DNA of 64,000 nt from Octopus vulgaris (GCA_951406725.2 OX597814.1:169260001-169324000), one strand, 5' to 3'. Positions 11,251-24,910 are shown, counted from the stretch's first letter. Translations and numbers: made by a program. Notes: generated by a model from the sequence alone, not told the origin.

Positions 11251-12378
11251 TGTGTGTATGTGTGTGTATTACTTATTTAGGACTAAATCAGCAAATGTGG
11301 ATAATTTGAAGGAATTTAGGTACTAGTTCTTGCAGATCAGGTGATCATATAAAAGCTTTTCCATTGGCTTCTATGAATTACACCCACCATTTTAAAAAGG
11401 TAGGAAGGACATCTTGGATATTGTCGTGCCAGTAGATACACTGTATTTGAAATTAAAAAGATTGGAAAATTATACCTGAAAAATCTTTAATCATTGGACA
11501 ATATAATGATAGATGGAAAGTCTTTTACCATTCTTTCATACTGTGTTCAGTGCCTGCAAGGAGTCTTTACACTGTTATTTGATATTCAAGAAATAACTAC
11601 CAAATCTCTCTTCAACCAGAAAGCTGAAGTTGTATCTTATTGGCACACTGGTTTTCTCCCCATTTTCTTAGTGCCGTTGTAGTAACCAACTGCAAAGGCA
11701 GCATGACTTCCAGTGTCTGAACACTGGATTAGGAAATTATAAACTGCCTCAAGAAAGCCATGTGTAACCTTTGGAAGACACACAAAAATTTTTTTCAAGT
11801 AACTATTTCTCCCTCCATTCCAAGATCCTTGTCTATCAGACAAGTCTATGCTTCTATTTCTTTGTATTGGTGCAAAACACGAATCATACTCTACAGCTGG
11901 ATGCCCTTCATAATACTAGTGCTATACAGTGTGTACTAGGTGCTGTTTTTCATGCCTCTGGCACTAGCATGGTGAACAAGTAACTTGCAAGAGAGGAAGA
12001 GAACAAAGGAAAAGAAAAGCCCACTTTACAAAGTGATTGACTATTTGAGAAAGGGGAGGTAGCTTTATGCAAAGTATTGGGAGGTAAAAGTATGAGAGAT
12101 GGACGAGCATGCATATCTTACTCTAGAGGAGATGCGTGACGACTCCACATTATATAAAGGTGGGTAAGAGGAGCTGTGAAGAAGTAATGATGGGGTGCTG
12201 GAAAAAAAAAAAAAACTTTAAGGAGCAAGGAAAGTGAAGCTTCTTGAAGTATAACTTTCAGTCGCACATTACTGATTATTCAAATGATTGAATAAATTAA
12301 ATGGTATTTTGAAATTAAGAAACTCAAGAGCTATAATTCAAGAAGGTTCAGCTTATACATGTGTGTGCACACACGTGT

Positions 12379-12418
<40 letters not shown>

Positions 12419-12754
12419 TCATGCGTGTGTGTATGTGCGTTCATGTGTGTGTGTGTATGTAAATACACACACACGTACAGACAGACAGATACACACACAC
12501 TGATATATATATATATATATATATATGTAATCTTTTATCACAGCATATTCCATAATGGATTCACAGCATCATGCATAATGAACAGCATAATTAATCACCA
12601 CTGCTGCTGTTCTTGCTTATGTTCAATATATTGATCTTCCCTAGTGGTTTGCTATTATTCCTGGTGAACAAACTTACGAACTATCTATCTACCTTGTGTG
12701 CATGTCTCTCTGTTTGTTGGTTTACCTGCCTCTCTGTATGTCTGTCCATTCATC

Positions 12755-12755
12755 C

Positions 12756-12845
<90 letters not shown>

Positions 12846-12857
12846 TTATCTATCTAC

Positions 12858-12914
<57 letters not shown>

Positions 12915-12916
12915 CA

Positions 12917-12947
<31 letters not shown>

Positions 12948-12949
12948 CT
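12755..12949. repeat. (TATC)n / GATA microsatellite
   Basis: Read directly; abuts the 5' end of Tx1 copy 1. Confidence 0.95.
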
Positions 12950-13098
12950 GGACAGACAGACGCAAGTCAAATGGGCTCCAAGTAAGTTGGTCATTTTGTA
13001 CGTTCAAAAGTGTTTATTGTTAAATATTTTGTGTTTAAAAGTTGTGCAACAACATCCACTGCAAACCTTGACTAATATCTACACAAAATTTCGCAAAA

Positions 13099-15124
13099 AT
13101 GGCTACTGGTCACCACGAGGCTGAGGCGCAACTGAAGCGTGACGCCAAAACAAAAAAGCAAGATTTCCTGTCACCATGCGCTGAACTTGACTGTGTAAAC
13201 ACTACTTACTCCAACACCACCACCATCAGCATCGACAACAGCAACAAATACAAAACAAAGGTCGTAAGACCAAGCACCGTCACCGCCACCAGTGATTCCA
13301 CCATCAACACCAACACCACCACCATGGCAGCATCTGCTACTACAACTGCTATCTCTGCTAACGACACCACTACCAGCAACAATAACAATACCAACATCAC
13401 CATCACCGCCACCAAAGACCGTGCCGTCAATGCCTCCCTTGCTACTAATACCTATTTCTTTATTACCCACAAGGGGCTAAACATAGAGGGGACAAGCAAG
13501 GACAGGCATAGGTATTAAGTCGATTACATCGACCCCAGTGCATAACTGGTACTTAATTTATCGACCCCGAAAGGATGAAAGGCAAAGTCAACCTCGGCGG
13601 AATTTGAACTCACAACGTAACGACAGACCTAATACCACCGCCGTCACCAAGAACGACAATAACAACAACAACAATTCCCTTCAGCCACTGTTCACTCCAT
13701 CACCAACAAGTGAAGGTGAGAAAAAAATAACAGCGACAATCAAACGAGGTGCCGAAATTTGCGCTAATGCAGGACCAAATTACGCAGACAATTTTCCACC
13801 CCTTGCCAGTTGCATAATCAGCAACCACAAACCTAATATACCCACAACCCACACCCCTGCCACCAACACCAACACCACCGGCAGTAACAACAATAACAAA
13901 ACAACAACAAACTTCGCCGAGGCGATAAAAGAAAAAATAACAAGAGTACCGTTTACTGCACAGCAAATAAAAGACTGCAGAGCCCTAATCACCAAAGAAA
14001 ACGGCAAAATACAATTACACATACCACAACACATACTGAATGAGGAAAAAAAGAGAACAATTGTATATAAAATAACAAACAACACAACTAAAAGTCCAGA
14101 AAAAGCAAGCACGGACAAAATAGAAAAGTGCCTACGCCCCATCTGGGGACACAAGGAGTATGTGACTTGGTCGAACAAGTTCGCCCACGTACAGGTGGTT
14201 TTTTCAGAATGAAGAGTTGGCAAAGCAATTCCCAACGCTAACTCTTCATTCAGATGAGCTAACAATGACACCCAGTTACCTTGGCCAGAAGGTGACAAAG
14301 GTCATTATCAATAATGTCCCGCAAATAACAACCACACTATGGATAACATCCGCCATAACATCCGAAATGGAGGACATTAACATCCTGGATATCACTGTTT
14401 CGAAACACAAGGACTGGGTGGGAAAGAGAATGGAGATTCTCTTCCACATAAGCCAAGACGACATTAACAAAATTCCCACCCACGTACATCTTGCGAATGA
14501 CCGCAAGTTGTATGTAGTAGTCGAGGGCAGAAGGCCACGCTGCTATACATGTGGCAGTGAGGCACACCTCAAAAAGGAGTGCAAATCTGCCGCGAAACAA
14601 CAACAACAACAGCCACAGGAAAAACCACAAAAGCCAGCATTATTGTCCACACCACAATATGGACGGCTAATCAAGAAGCTGTATGCAGAAATGCATGAAA
14701 AACAACAAAGAACGGACCAACCCAACCAAACAACACCACCACCTGCGCCAAGAACAGAATCATCACCACTAACAACAACTAAACCAATTCCAACACCGAG
14801 AACAACAACGAAGAAGACAAGCACCAAGGATGTAGGAGAGAAATCACCACACCAAACCCCCCAGCAACACACCCCACACCACAACAATATCTACAACCGC
14901 ACAAACAGACCCAGATGCTTTACCCTTACCCCCGGCTAATTCGTCAGGCTTTTCATCTAACGATGAAAGTTCGACAGAATGGCAAATAGCCACCGGGGGT
15001 AAAAGAAAAGATTAAAAAAAAAACAAACAAGAAAACGCAACCAAAGCAGGGAGATACCTGAACCCTGAAAGCTCCATACACAACCAAACAGGAACGAGGA
15101 AGCCAAAACTTTCGACACAAGTAA
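13099..15124 (+). pseudogene. ORF1 (gag-like, zinc knuckle) of Tx1 copy 1, disrupted
   Basis: RPRCYTCGSEAHLKKEC (CX2CX4HX4C); stops, frameshifts and a SINE insertion. Confidence 0.8.
13453..13628 (-). mobile_element. 5'-truncated SINE family B inserted in Tx1 ORF1
   Basis: Family B core; TSD CTAATACC at 13445-13452 and 13629-13636. Confidence 0.85.
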
Positions 15125-15173
15125 GTAACTCTCTGTACTTTCCTTTCTGTGTTTTAAAGCACACAATAGAATC

Positions 15174-16216
15174 ATGGTCAAGATTGGTTGTGTGAATGCG
15201 CGTGGCTTGGGGTCTCCTTGGAAACAAGGATACCTCCTAAATGACATGAAGTCACACGATTTGGGAATCAGCCATAAGTGAGACCAGACTCCACGAGCCA
15301 CGGGCCCTAAAGTCCATGTTTGGCGGACAGTTTAACATTTATTTTGCTCCCTGTCTGCCGAGGATGGGCGGTAGTGGCACCGCGGTACTTTTTCACTAGA
15401 GCCTGGATCTCGAAGTCAAGAAGATATTCGTAGACCCGGAGGGTAGACTGGTCGTTCTGGATGTCAACGGTAGCAGTGGGTGTGCTTTTCGACTCGTATC
15501 AGTCTACGCACCGCCTTTAACAGGTCGGCCGGATTTCTTTCAACGTCTAGAAGTATTCCTGGGAACGTCTCGTCCTTTACTTTTAGTGGGGGATTGGAAT
15601 GCTACCTTGGACACGCATCTAGACTATGTGGTGAGAGACAAAAACAGAAGGGGATGCAAATGCTTCAGAGACCTGCTCAGACAATTCCAACTGTCTGACA
15701 GGTACCGACTCGACCACCCAAATGCACCAACGTGGACATGGAGTAACCGCAGTGGGTCGTCGAGATCGTATCTAGATAGGATACTGTGTAGGACAGTAGA
15801 CAAGGATAACTTAGGATGTCCACAATTCCACACAGTCAGCTACACAGATCACAAATTCGTGACATGTACGCTAGACTTAGATAAGGCACATAGACAGGGT
15901 CCTGGTTACTGGAAACTGAACGTATCATTCCCGTCCAGACAAGATTTCAGAGACAGAATCAACACGTTTGTAAAAAGGGCTTTAACGGGAGCCATTGTCA
16001 ACAACAAATGGTGGTTCGCCCTCAAGAGAGCAGTAAAAGCGGAAGCAATTAGATATAGCAAGGCGCTAGCCGTAGATAGAAATAGAGTATCACTTGAAGA
16101 GGAAAGTGAGAGTAGAGAGGTAAGTTTTGTCTAGTGAATGTTTTAAAAAAAGATGGGTGAATGTAGCAAGGATGGCGCGTATGAATGACGAAGCCACCTT
16201 GACTATGATTCTATGA
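15174..16216 (+). pseudogene. ORF2 remnant: APE endonuclease fused by deletion to the extreme C-terminus
   Basis: MVKIGCVNARGL, VGDWNA, TWTW, SYLDRI, TDHK and GPGYWKLN motifs of L1/Tx1 endonuclease. Confidence 0.85.
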
Positions 16217-16585
16217 ACCGTAAAAATTAATACAGAGAGTTGCTTATTTGCAAAAAAAAAAATAAAAGAAAGTAATATAACATGTGACTTCATTGACCGA
16301 GGTTACCGTGGTCTTTTCCGTAGGCTTTTCTTTCCACGGGTAAACCTCACCTGTCCTCCCCTTTGCACTTCATATTGACATTTCTGTGATAACGATCCCT
16401 ATTGATCAATTCCCCCCCTTTTTTTTTAAATTTTATTTTATCTCCCCCTTTTTTTGTCCTCTTTCTTTCCATTTACGATCTCTTTTGATCGAAAATCAAA
16501 CCCCCTTCTTTTACTCCCAAAAGAAAAGCTCTACCTTGTAATTTTGTTCTGTCTGTGTGCAGCCCTGTGTGGCTAATAAAGAAAC

Positions 16586-16614
16586 ATATCTATCTATCTA
16601 CATATGTATGTATG

Positions 16615-16665
<51 letters not shown>

Positions 16666-16680
16666 ATCTACCTATCTCGA
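16586..16680. repeat. (TATC)n spacer between the two Tx1 copies
   Basis: Read directly. Confidence 0.9.
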
Positions 16681-16897
16681 CATGGACGGACGCTAGTAAA
16701 ATCGGCTCCACGTAAGTTGGCCACTTTTACATGTTTAAAACTCCTTGTTGTCAAATATTTTGTTTTAATCGTTGTGCAAGTTAATTCACTAAAAAAACTG
16801 AGAATTATTCACGTAGAATTCCGCCCCTGTATGGGCGAAATTACCAAAAACTTTCAAAACTTTCGTGGGTTCCTTTTAGCCATTTTTCATTTTGAAA

Positions 16898-18807
16898 ATG
16901 GCAACTAGAAACCACGTGGCTAGCCCGCCAGCCATGCGGAACGGTAGCGAAACACTATTGCTACCACTAGCTGCTAAACCTCGCAGCTTGAACACCGCTG
17001 TCACCACCACCAACCAACAACAACAACAAAACTAACGTCGCAAGACCATTCACCATCGCCGCGACCAAAGACATTAACTTAGATTTCCCCCCACTCCCTA
17101 CACTACTTGTCGATGATAAAAGGATGGAGAAAGGGATTTCAAAGACGAATACAGACGAAAACATGAATGCCAGCACCACCACCACACCACCAACAACAAC
17201 AACAACGAAATCAACACAAAGCCGCCTACCAAAGACAACACCGCCAACACCAACACCACTACCATGACTTCAACTGCTACAACTAACCCTTCTGCTGCTA
17301 ACACCGCTAAAATTAAAACGAATTTCGCGGATGCGACAAAATAAAAACGAACAATCGTAAAATTCACCACACAGGAAATAAACCTCACAAAAGCACTCTT
17401 CACCAAAGAAGGAGATAAATTGCATCTTCACATTCCACAGCACATCGTGGAAAACACACAAAAAATACAATAATCTACAAAGTAATAAACAAGAAAACAA
17501 GACGACCAGAAAATGCACCGCAGGAAAAAATTGAAAAATGCCTTCGTCCTGCATGGGACTCCAAGGAGTATATCAGTTGGGGAAATAAATTTGGTACAGT
17601 CCAAGTACGTTTCCTCAACGAAAATTTAGCAAAACGATTTTCCACATTGGAGCTGCATTCAGACGACTTGGTAATGATACCAATCTATTTAAACCAGAGA
17701 GTGACGAAAGTCCAAATAAAAAATGTACCCCCTGAAGTCGAAACACAATGGTTAGTCTCTGCCATCTGCTTTGAAATGGCAGAGACAAACATCCTTGAAA
17801 TCGCTGTTCTAGGACAGAAAGACTATGTGGGAAAATCAATCCAATTCCTTCTTCAATTGGATGAAACAGCAAGAGAAAAAATACCCACACTATAGAACTG
17901 CCAGGAGGCTACAAACTTTATGTAGTGGTAGAGGGCAGGCGACCACGTTGCTATTTGTGTGGAAGCGAAACACACTTGAAAAAGACGTGCCCAACCACTG
18001 CACACCAAGAGCAACAACAACAACCACTACCACAACCAAAACACTCCGGAAAAAAGCTCTACTACCCACACCACCATCAACACAGAAGACGACAAGAGAA
18101 GCACACCAAGCTAATCCGTCAACAACCAAAAATTACTCAACACCTGAGAAAATACCAACACCACCAACAACAGCAAGAACCAAAGGAACAGAAAAACAAA
18201 GAAAATACACAAAAACTGATTCCCCATCCCTTATACCGCACTCACCACACACAAACACTCAACAAACAACAGCACAACCACTTACACAGACATACATAGA
18301 AGCCTACAACATACCCCTACCCACTACTGATTCCTCAGAAAATTCGTCGGAAGACGAAACCAGTGAGGAATGGCAAATAGCTAGAAAAAGAAGGAAAATA
18401 AAGATCAGAAACACAACCAAACCAAATGCAAACACTAACAAAGCAGGGGGAAATACATCTCCCGAAGACATTTCAAAACCCAACACAAACAACAGCCACA
18501 CCAACACCACAAAAATATATACAGCAAACATGCTCACAGCTATAGACACCAAAAACACAAATTTGATGGAATACATCCAAAAAAAACAAACATAACAGAA
18601 GATGACATAAAAGCAAACAATCACCCATACACAACACCACCAGACCACATCAAAATATTACACATCTCCAAAAGTCTGCACCACACACTCAAAGGCATTT
18701 TCCCCAGTGCGGTTGGTAAATGCCAAAAATATCTCACAAAGAAACTGTACTGGGATCTCCTCGAGGACAAACCAAAGGAGGAGAAAGCAAAACCTTTCGA
18801 GCAGTAA
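16898..18807 (+). pseudogene. ORF1 of Tx1 copy 2, disrupted
   Basis: Fragments homologous to copy 1 ORF1 (VEGRRPRCYLCGSETHLKKTC); multiple stops and frameshifts. Confidence 0.8.
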
Positions 18808-18851
18808 GTAACCCTCTGTTCCTTTCACTTGTATTCTAATTCATTAGGATT

Positions 18852-21360
18852 ATGATCAAGATTGGTTGTGTAAATGCGCGTGGCTTGGGGTCCCCTTGGA
18901 AACAAGGGTACCTCTTAAATGACATAAAGTCACATAAGTTAGAAATCATAGCCATAAGTGAGACCAGACTCCACAATCCACGGGCCCTAAAGACCATGTT
19001 TGGCGGACAGTTCAACATTTATTTTCCCCCTGTCTGCCGAGAATGGGCGGTAGTGGCACCGCGGTACTTTTTCGCAAGAGTCTGGATCTCAAAGTAAAGA
19101 CAATATTCATAGACAATATCCAGGACGACCAGTCTACCCTCCGGAGGGTAGACTGGATGTCGACAGCAGCAATGGGTGCATTTTCGACTCGTATCAGTCT
19201 ATGCACCGCCCTTAACAGGTCAGGCAGATTTCTTTCAACGTCTAGAAATATTCTTGGGAACATCTCGTCCTTTACTCTTAGTGGGGGATTGGAATGCTAC
19301 CTTGGACACGCATGTAGACTACGTGGGTAGAGATAGGAATAGACGGGGATGCAAATGCCTCAGAGACCTGCTCAGACGCTTTCAACTGTCTGACAGGTTC
19401 CGACTAGACCACCTGAATGCGCCAACGTGGACATGGAGCAACCGCATTGGGTCGTCGAGATTGTATCTAGATAGGATACTGTGTAGGACAGTAGATAGAG
19501 ATAGCATAGGATGTCCACAATTCCACATAGTCAGCTGCACGGATCACAAACTTGTGACATGTACGCTAGACTTAGATAAGACACTTAGGCAGGGTTCCGG
19601 ATACTGGAAACTAAACGCGTCTTTCCCATCGAGACAGGTTTTCAGAGACCGGATTAGCACACTAATAAAGAGGGCTTTGAGGGGAGCCATTGTCAACAAC
19701 AAATGGTGGTTTGCCCTCAAGAGAGCAGTAAACGCAGAAGCAATTAGGTACAGCAAAGCACTAGCCATAGATAGAAATAGAGTAGAGGGTGAGCTAGTTA
19801 AGAAGCTAGAAGAGGCAATTAGAAGCGGCATCACATTCGACGTTTTGGTGGCGAGGTTTGCCCTCGACCAACACTTCAACGCCAAACACGAAGGGTGTGC
19901 TGTCAGGGCTAGGATGCGTGCTCTAAGGAACGAAGGTGTTGGAGCCGCGAGAGAGGCCCGGGTGGCAGAGGCGCAACAGGGCAACAAAGCCACCATTCGG
20001 TCTCTAGTAGATGAACAGGGGCACGAATTGATCGAGCTAAGTAAAATGTGTGAGGCCTTAAATGGACGGACGGCATGACATCTTTCATCACTGTCTGATG
20101 GCACCTACACATGTCAAAGTAGCGCTACATCAGTTCAACTGATTAAACTGGAACATCTCATCTCGGATCAATACAAATTTCATCTGAGACCATCGATACT
20201 TGAGGATCCTGAGCTGCTTCCACTGTGGCTCGTTCGCCTGATAGATCTGGAATACGCGGTGTATATACATCATCATCACATTTATCGTCCGTCCATGTCT
20301 CGGTTCTATACGTATTGACTAGAGGATAGCTGAGGGACTGCACCAGCACCATGGCACTGCTGGAGCGTGTCTGCATACCAACCACGTCATAGTGTCTAGC
20401 CACGAGCACATTGGTCGGCGAGACACTGAACTACAAGCAAAAAAAATCAACGGGAAGAGTCAAGGCTTGACTAGGCACTGGAAAACCACATCAAGCGCCT
20501 CGTGTGCCGGACCAAGACTGTTGGTGGAAGAGAGTTGTAGTGGTCGGAGTGGCAATGGGCGAGTGGTCGCACAACATTGCGTCCATCTACTATCTTCGCC
20601 TTGCGTCCCGATTATTTTCTTGTGGAAAGGATGCGTCACAAAAGCGATCCATTTGCTGTGCGTGAGCTGTTCTGTCAGACTGAGACCCATCTAGCACTGT
20701 AGACGGGTGAACAGTGTGGTCGCCGTTTGTGACACCTTCCCGCAGCTCGTCTCCAGCTGCAGTCTGGATCAAAAAGAGGCCGAGGAAGGGCGAATGGCAT
20801 GGCCGCGTTGTCGTAAGTGACTTCAACACAACCAAAGCATTCTATAGTTAGTGGGGAGTCGGGGCGAACCTGGACGTCGGAGGAGTACCTGACCCGCCGG
20901 AGGACGACTTTCGGGCCAGGGCCCAACTCAGAGATCTGGCCTGGCAGTGCTAGAAGCGCCGAGCTCTACAGACACGGCTCGAGAAACGGGGCCGACCTGC
21001 CCGAGATGCGGTCAGAGCCGAAAGCAACGGACCGCCTGTGGGCTTATGTCGAACAACTGCTGTCACGTGTGGGACGAGTCGGTTTATCAGCTGAGTCTAT
21101 CGTCAATATTGTCACGCCTCCTTCCTTCAAACGGGAAGGAAGAGCTATTTTCATCATCCTTGTGGCTATGGCGAAAGAATGTATCTGGTGGACGCGTTCT
21201 GAAAGGATTGGAGCAAACACTTCCTCTCTGGTCAATCTCTCATCAAACTTGTACCATTTGAAAAGAAACTGAGTAGGCAAGTTCCAAATTTTAGAAAGAT
21301 GGGTGAATGTAGCAAGAATCACGTATGAATGACGAAGCCACCAGCATAGTCCTATGAACC
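18852..21360 (+). pseudogene. ORF2 (APE endonuclease, degraded RT, Cys-rich C-terminus) of Tx1 copy 2
   Basis: MIKIGCVNARGL, AISET, VGDWNA, YLDRI, TDHK, GYWKLN; RT remnants SVSAY(ADD) and VIVSSHEHI near 20363-20412; GPTCPRCGQ. Confidence 0.8.
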
Positions 21361-22299
21361 CAGAAATCGAAAACAGAGAGTTGCTTATTTGCAAAAAAAA
21401 AAAAATCATCATAAAATGTGACTTCATTGACCGAGGTTACCGTGGTCTTTCCCCTTCTCTTCTTTTTCTTTTACATTCATACATTATATATATATATTTA
21501 TATATTTATTTTTTTTTTTTTGACCCCTTTCTTTTTTACGATCCTTAAACTCCCCTTACTTTTTTTTAATAAGCTCTACCTTGTAATTTGTTCTATCTGT
21601 GTGCAGCCCTGTGTGGCTAAAAAGAAACATATCTATATATCTATCTATCTATCTATCTATAACTATCTATCTATCATATTTTGTCTCTTTATTTTGTCTC
21701 TCATTACACACCTATACACAGCCATGGTTGCTTGCTTATCTTTATCTCTCTCTATCAAGTGTTTGTATATATAAATGGTCCACCATATTGGACGGTTCTG
21801 TCTGGGATCTATGCAAATCAATCAGTTCCAGTCTGTCTACCTGTCTGCTGCTATCCCACTCTTAGTGTAGCTGCTTACCAGTTGTACATGCATCAGATGT
21901 AACACTTATATATATAATTTTTAATAAGTAATTTAAAAAACTGATAAATATATGTTTTAAAAGTGTATAATCTCAATAAAAGTTTTCAACTTTCTCTTCA
22001 GAGTAATGATGCATAATTAAAGACATATAATTTATTTGTTTCACATACTGTGTAAGCAATCATTTTGAAAAAAGCATATTAAAATATTAGTGTTAAAACA
22101 AACAGAAGGTTCTCACAGAACAAACATACACTGCATCTACCTACAACAAGTTATTAAAAATCCAAATACTATATATAACAGATTTAGTGACTTACATAAG
22201 ATCATCTCGCTGAATAAGAGATATAAAACTACAATTCATTACGTACTTGAGCAGATATTATCTTGGCAAATATACAATACTAGATTATATCTTTTATTT

Positions 22300-22609
22300 A
22301 TCCATTCACATTATATATGGTATGTTTATAATATATTATTTATTATAAACATATATATTTTTTCTTATACATTTATATATATATATATATATTATATATA
22401 TTTACTGTGTTTGTCCCATCACTTCTGCTATGTATATAGCTAAGTATAGCGATAGAATCACACAGATATGGGACATTTATTACTAATAGTGAATATGTGT
22501 GTGGTATCATATGACTGAAAGTATAGTAGACATATATATTATTGTATATGTATATATATGTATATATATATATTTTTTTTATATATATATATATTTGTTG
22601 TTGTATATA

Positions 22610-22670
<61 letters not shown>

Positions 22671-23093
22671 AAACATATAAATAAACACACAGAGAAATAT
22701 AACATAAAAAAAGAAAAAGAGAAAAAAAAAAAAAAAAAAATAAAAAAAAAAAAGAAAAAAAAAAGAAATGAAAAAAAAAAAAATAATATAAAAATAAATA
22801 TAATAAAAGAAAAAAAAAAAGGGATAAAATAAAAATAGGAGAGGGAAGGGAGAAAGGAAATATAAGAGAAAAGAGTGGATAAATAAGAAAGAATAAGAAA
22901 GGCAAAAAAATAGAATAAATAAAAAAATAAAAAAAAAAAAAAAAAAAAAAAAGCAAAAAAAGAAGAAAAAAAGAAAAGAAAAAAAGGGTGATGAAAAAAA
23001 AAAAAAAAAAAGTAAAAAAAAAAAAAAAAAGAAAAGGAAATGACAAACAAAAAAAAAAAAAAATAAATACAAACAAAAACAAAAAAAAAAACA

Positions 23094-23128
<35 letters not shown>

Positions 23129-23379
23129 CTAAAACATAAAATAAAAATAATACATATATAAAACAAACACACACACACACACCAAAACACACATAACACA
23201 AAAAAAAAAAACAAATAACACAAAAAAAAACCAAACAACAAACACAACAACACAACAAAACAAAAAACCACAATATATAATATATAATAATAAATATAAA
23301 AATAAATAATATACATAAAAATATAAATATAATATACATATAATAATATATACACACACAACACAATAATATACACAAA

Positions 23380-23435
<56 letters not shown>

Positions 23436-23450
23436 ATATATGTATGTATG

Positions 23451-23483
<33 letters not shown>

Positions 23484-23520
23484 ATATGTATGTATGTATA
23501 TATATATATATATGTGTATG

Positions 23521-23582
<62 letters not shown>

Positions 23583-23954
23583 CACACACACACACCCCAT
23601 TCATACATAACCTTAAATATGTATTTACATATGTATATGTGAATATACTTGTGTGTGTGTGTGTGTCTGTCTGTCACTCTGCTTGTAATGTTTCTCCAGA
23701 ACCAATATAGGTTAACTTTATTGATAATATGTAATATACAAAATATGAAAAAGGAATATATGTGTCATGTTAAAATTTTGCTCTTTTTAGATATACTTTC
23801 ATGCAGACACAAAAACACTCATCTATATACACATAGATACATGTGCACTCACATGCGTGTCTGCTCATATGCATGTGTATATTCCAATTATATTCCAAGT
23901 ATATATGTGTAGAGAAACATATAACTGTTATGTGTATGTGTGAATATCTGTATG

Positions 23955-24006
<52 letters not shown>

Positions 24007-24027
24007 GTGTGTATGTATGTATGTATG

Positions 24028-24058
<31 letters not shown>

Positions 24059-24075
24059 GTATATATATATATATA
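22300..24075. repeat. Low-complexity (TA)n / poly-A / (TATG)n block, probably partly poor-quality sequence
   Basis: G-depleted A-run text at 22660-23380 without a repeat unit. Confidence 0.7.
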
Positions 24076-24077
24076 TA

Positions 24078-24430
24078 ATAAATAGATGAGTGTATTTTTA
24101 CCTTGTTAACAATTAACATGAAAAAAAAAAAAAAAATAGTTACCAGGGCAGCAAAAATCTCACAAGTAAAGGTGTTGTAACTCCTTGTTTATAAAGGTAG
24201 AAACTTCGTGTTTACGTTGAATATTAATAGCGTTCTGTCAATCGCTATACAAATCCATCATTTTTTGCTAAAGTGTCTTATTCACGAGTTTCGTTTTTTT
24301 CACTTTCCTGAGGAGAAGATTGCATTGTTTATACCATTTATTCTTTTGAATAGTATCAGTGGAATTTCGAAACATATGTCGAAAGTAAAAATATTTGATT
24401 ACACCTGCGTTAAATTCCATTTATTTATTC
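24078..24430 (+). mobile_element. (TA)n-embedded Penelope-like terminal fragment, family P3
   Basis: ~350-bp island between two (TA)n runs carrying an intact hammerhead motif. Confidence 0.7.
24302..24386 (+). ncRNA. Type I hammerhead ribozyme motif
   Basis: ACUUUC-CUGAGGA-GAA...UUC-GAAAC-AUAU-GUC-GAAAGU; perfect 6-bp stem I, canonical GUC site, predicted cleavage after 24380. Confidence 0.88.
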
Positions 24431-24489
24431 ATATATATATATATATATATTTAGCTGCACTTTTACAATGACTTATATTCATGTGTTAT

Positions 24490-24910
24490 TACTCTTTTAC
24501 TCTTACTTGCTTCAGTCATTTGACTGTGGCCATACTGGAGCACTGCCTTTAGTCAAGCAAATCGACCCCAAGACTTATTCTTTGTATGTCTAGTACTTAT
24601 TCTATTGGTCTCTTTTGCCGAACCACTAAGTTACAGGGACATAAACACACAAATATTGGTGGTCAAGCGATGTTGAGGGGACAAACACAGACACACAAAC
24701 ATATACACACATATACATACATATACATATATATATATATATACATATATACAACGAGCTTCTTTCAGTTTCCGTCTTCCAAATCTACTCACAAGACTTT
24801 GGTCAGCCTGAGGCTATAGTGACACTTGCCCAAGGTGCCACGCAGGGGGACTGAACCCAGAACCATGTGGTTCGTAGCAAGCTACTAATCACACAGCCAC
24901 TCCTACACCC
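24490..24910 (-). mobile_element. SINE family A, full length
   Basis: Head, internal (TA) tract and CTCTTTTA tail. Confidence 0.85.

Larger units (their letters stand above)
12950..16585 (+). mobile_element. Tx1/L1-clade non-LTR retrotransposon, copy 1 (decayed, RT region deleted)
   Basis: ORF1 with CCHC knuckle, APE endonuclease, jump at ~16090 to the ORF2 C-terminus, 3' UTR ending GGCTAATAAAGAAAC; (TATC)n on both sides. Confidence 0.85.
16684..21628 (+). mobile_element. Tx1/L1-clade non-LTR retrotransposon, copy 2 (related subfamily)
   Basis: Homologous 5' end (GGACGGACGC...GGCTCCACGTAAGTTGG), ORF1 knuckle RCYLCGSETHLKKTC, APE domain, heavily corrupted RT region, C-terminal TCPRC motif, same 3' end followed by (TATC)n. 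Confidence 0.85.

Noticed and set aside
22373-23710. Long ORFs (up to 353 aa) rich in Y/I/F
   Set aside because: Translations of (TA)n and poly-A/T low-complexity sequence
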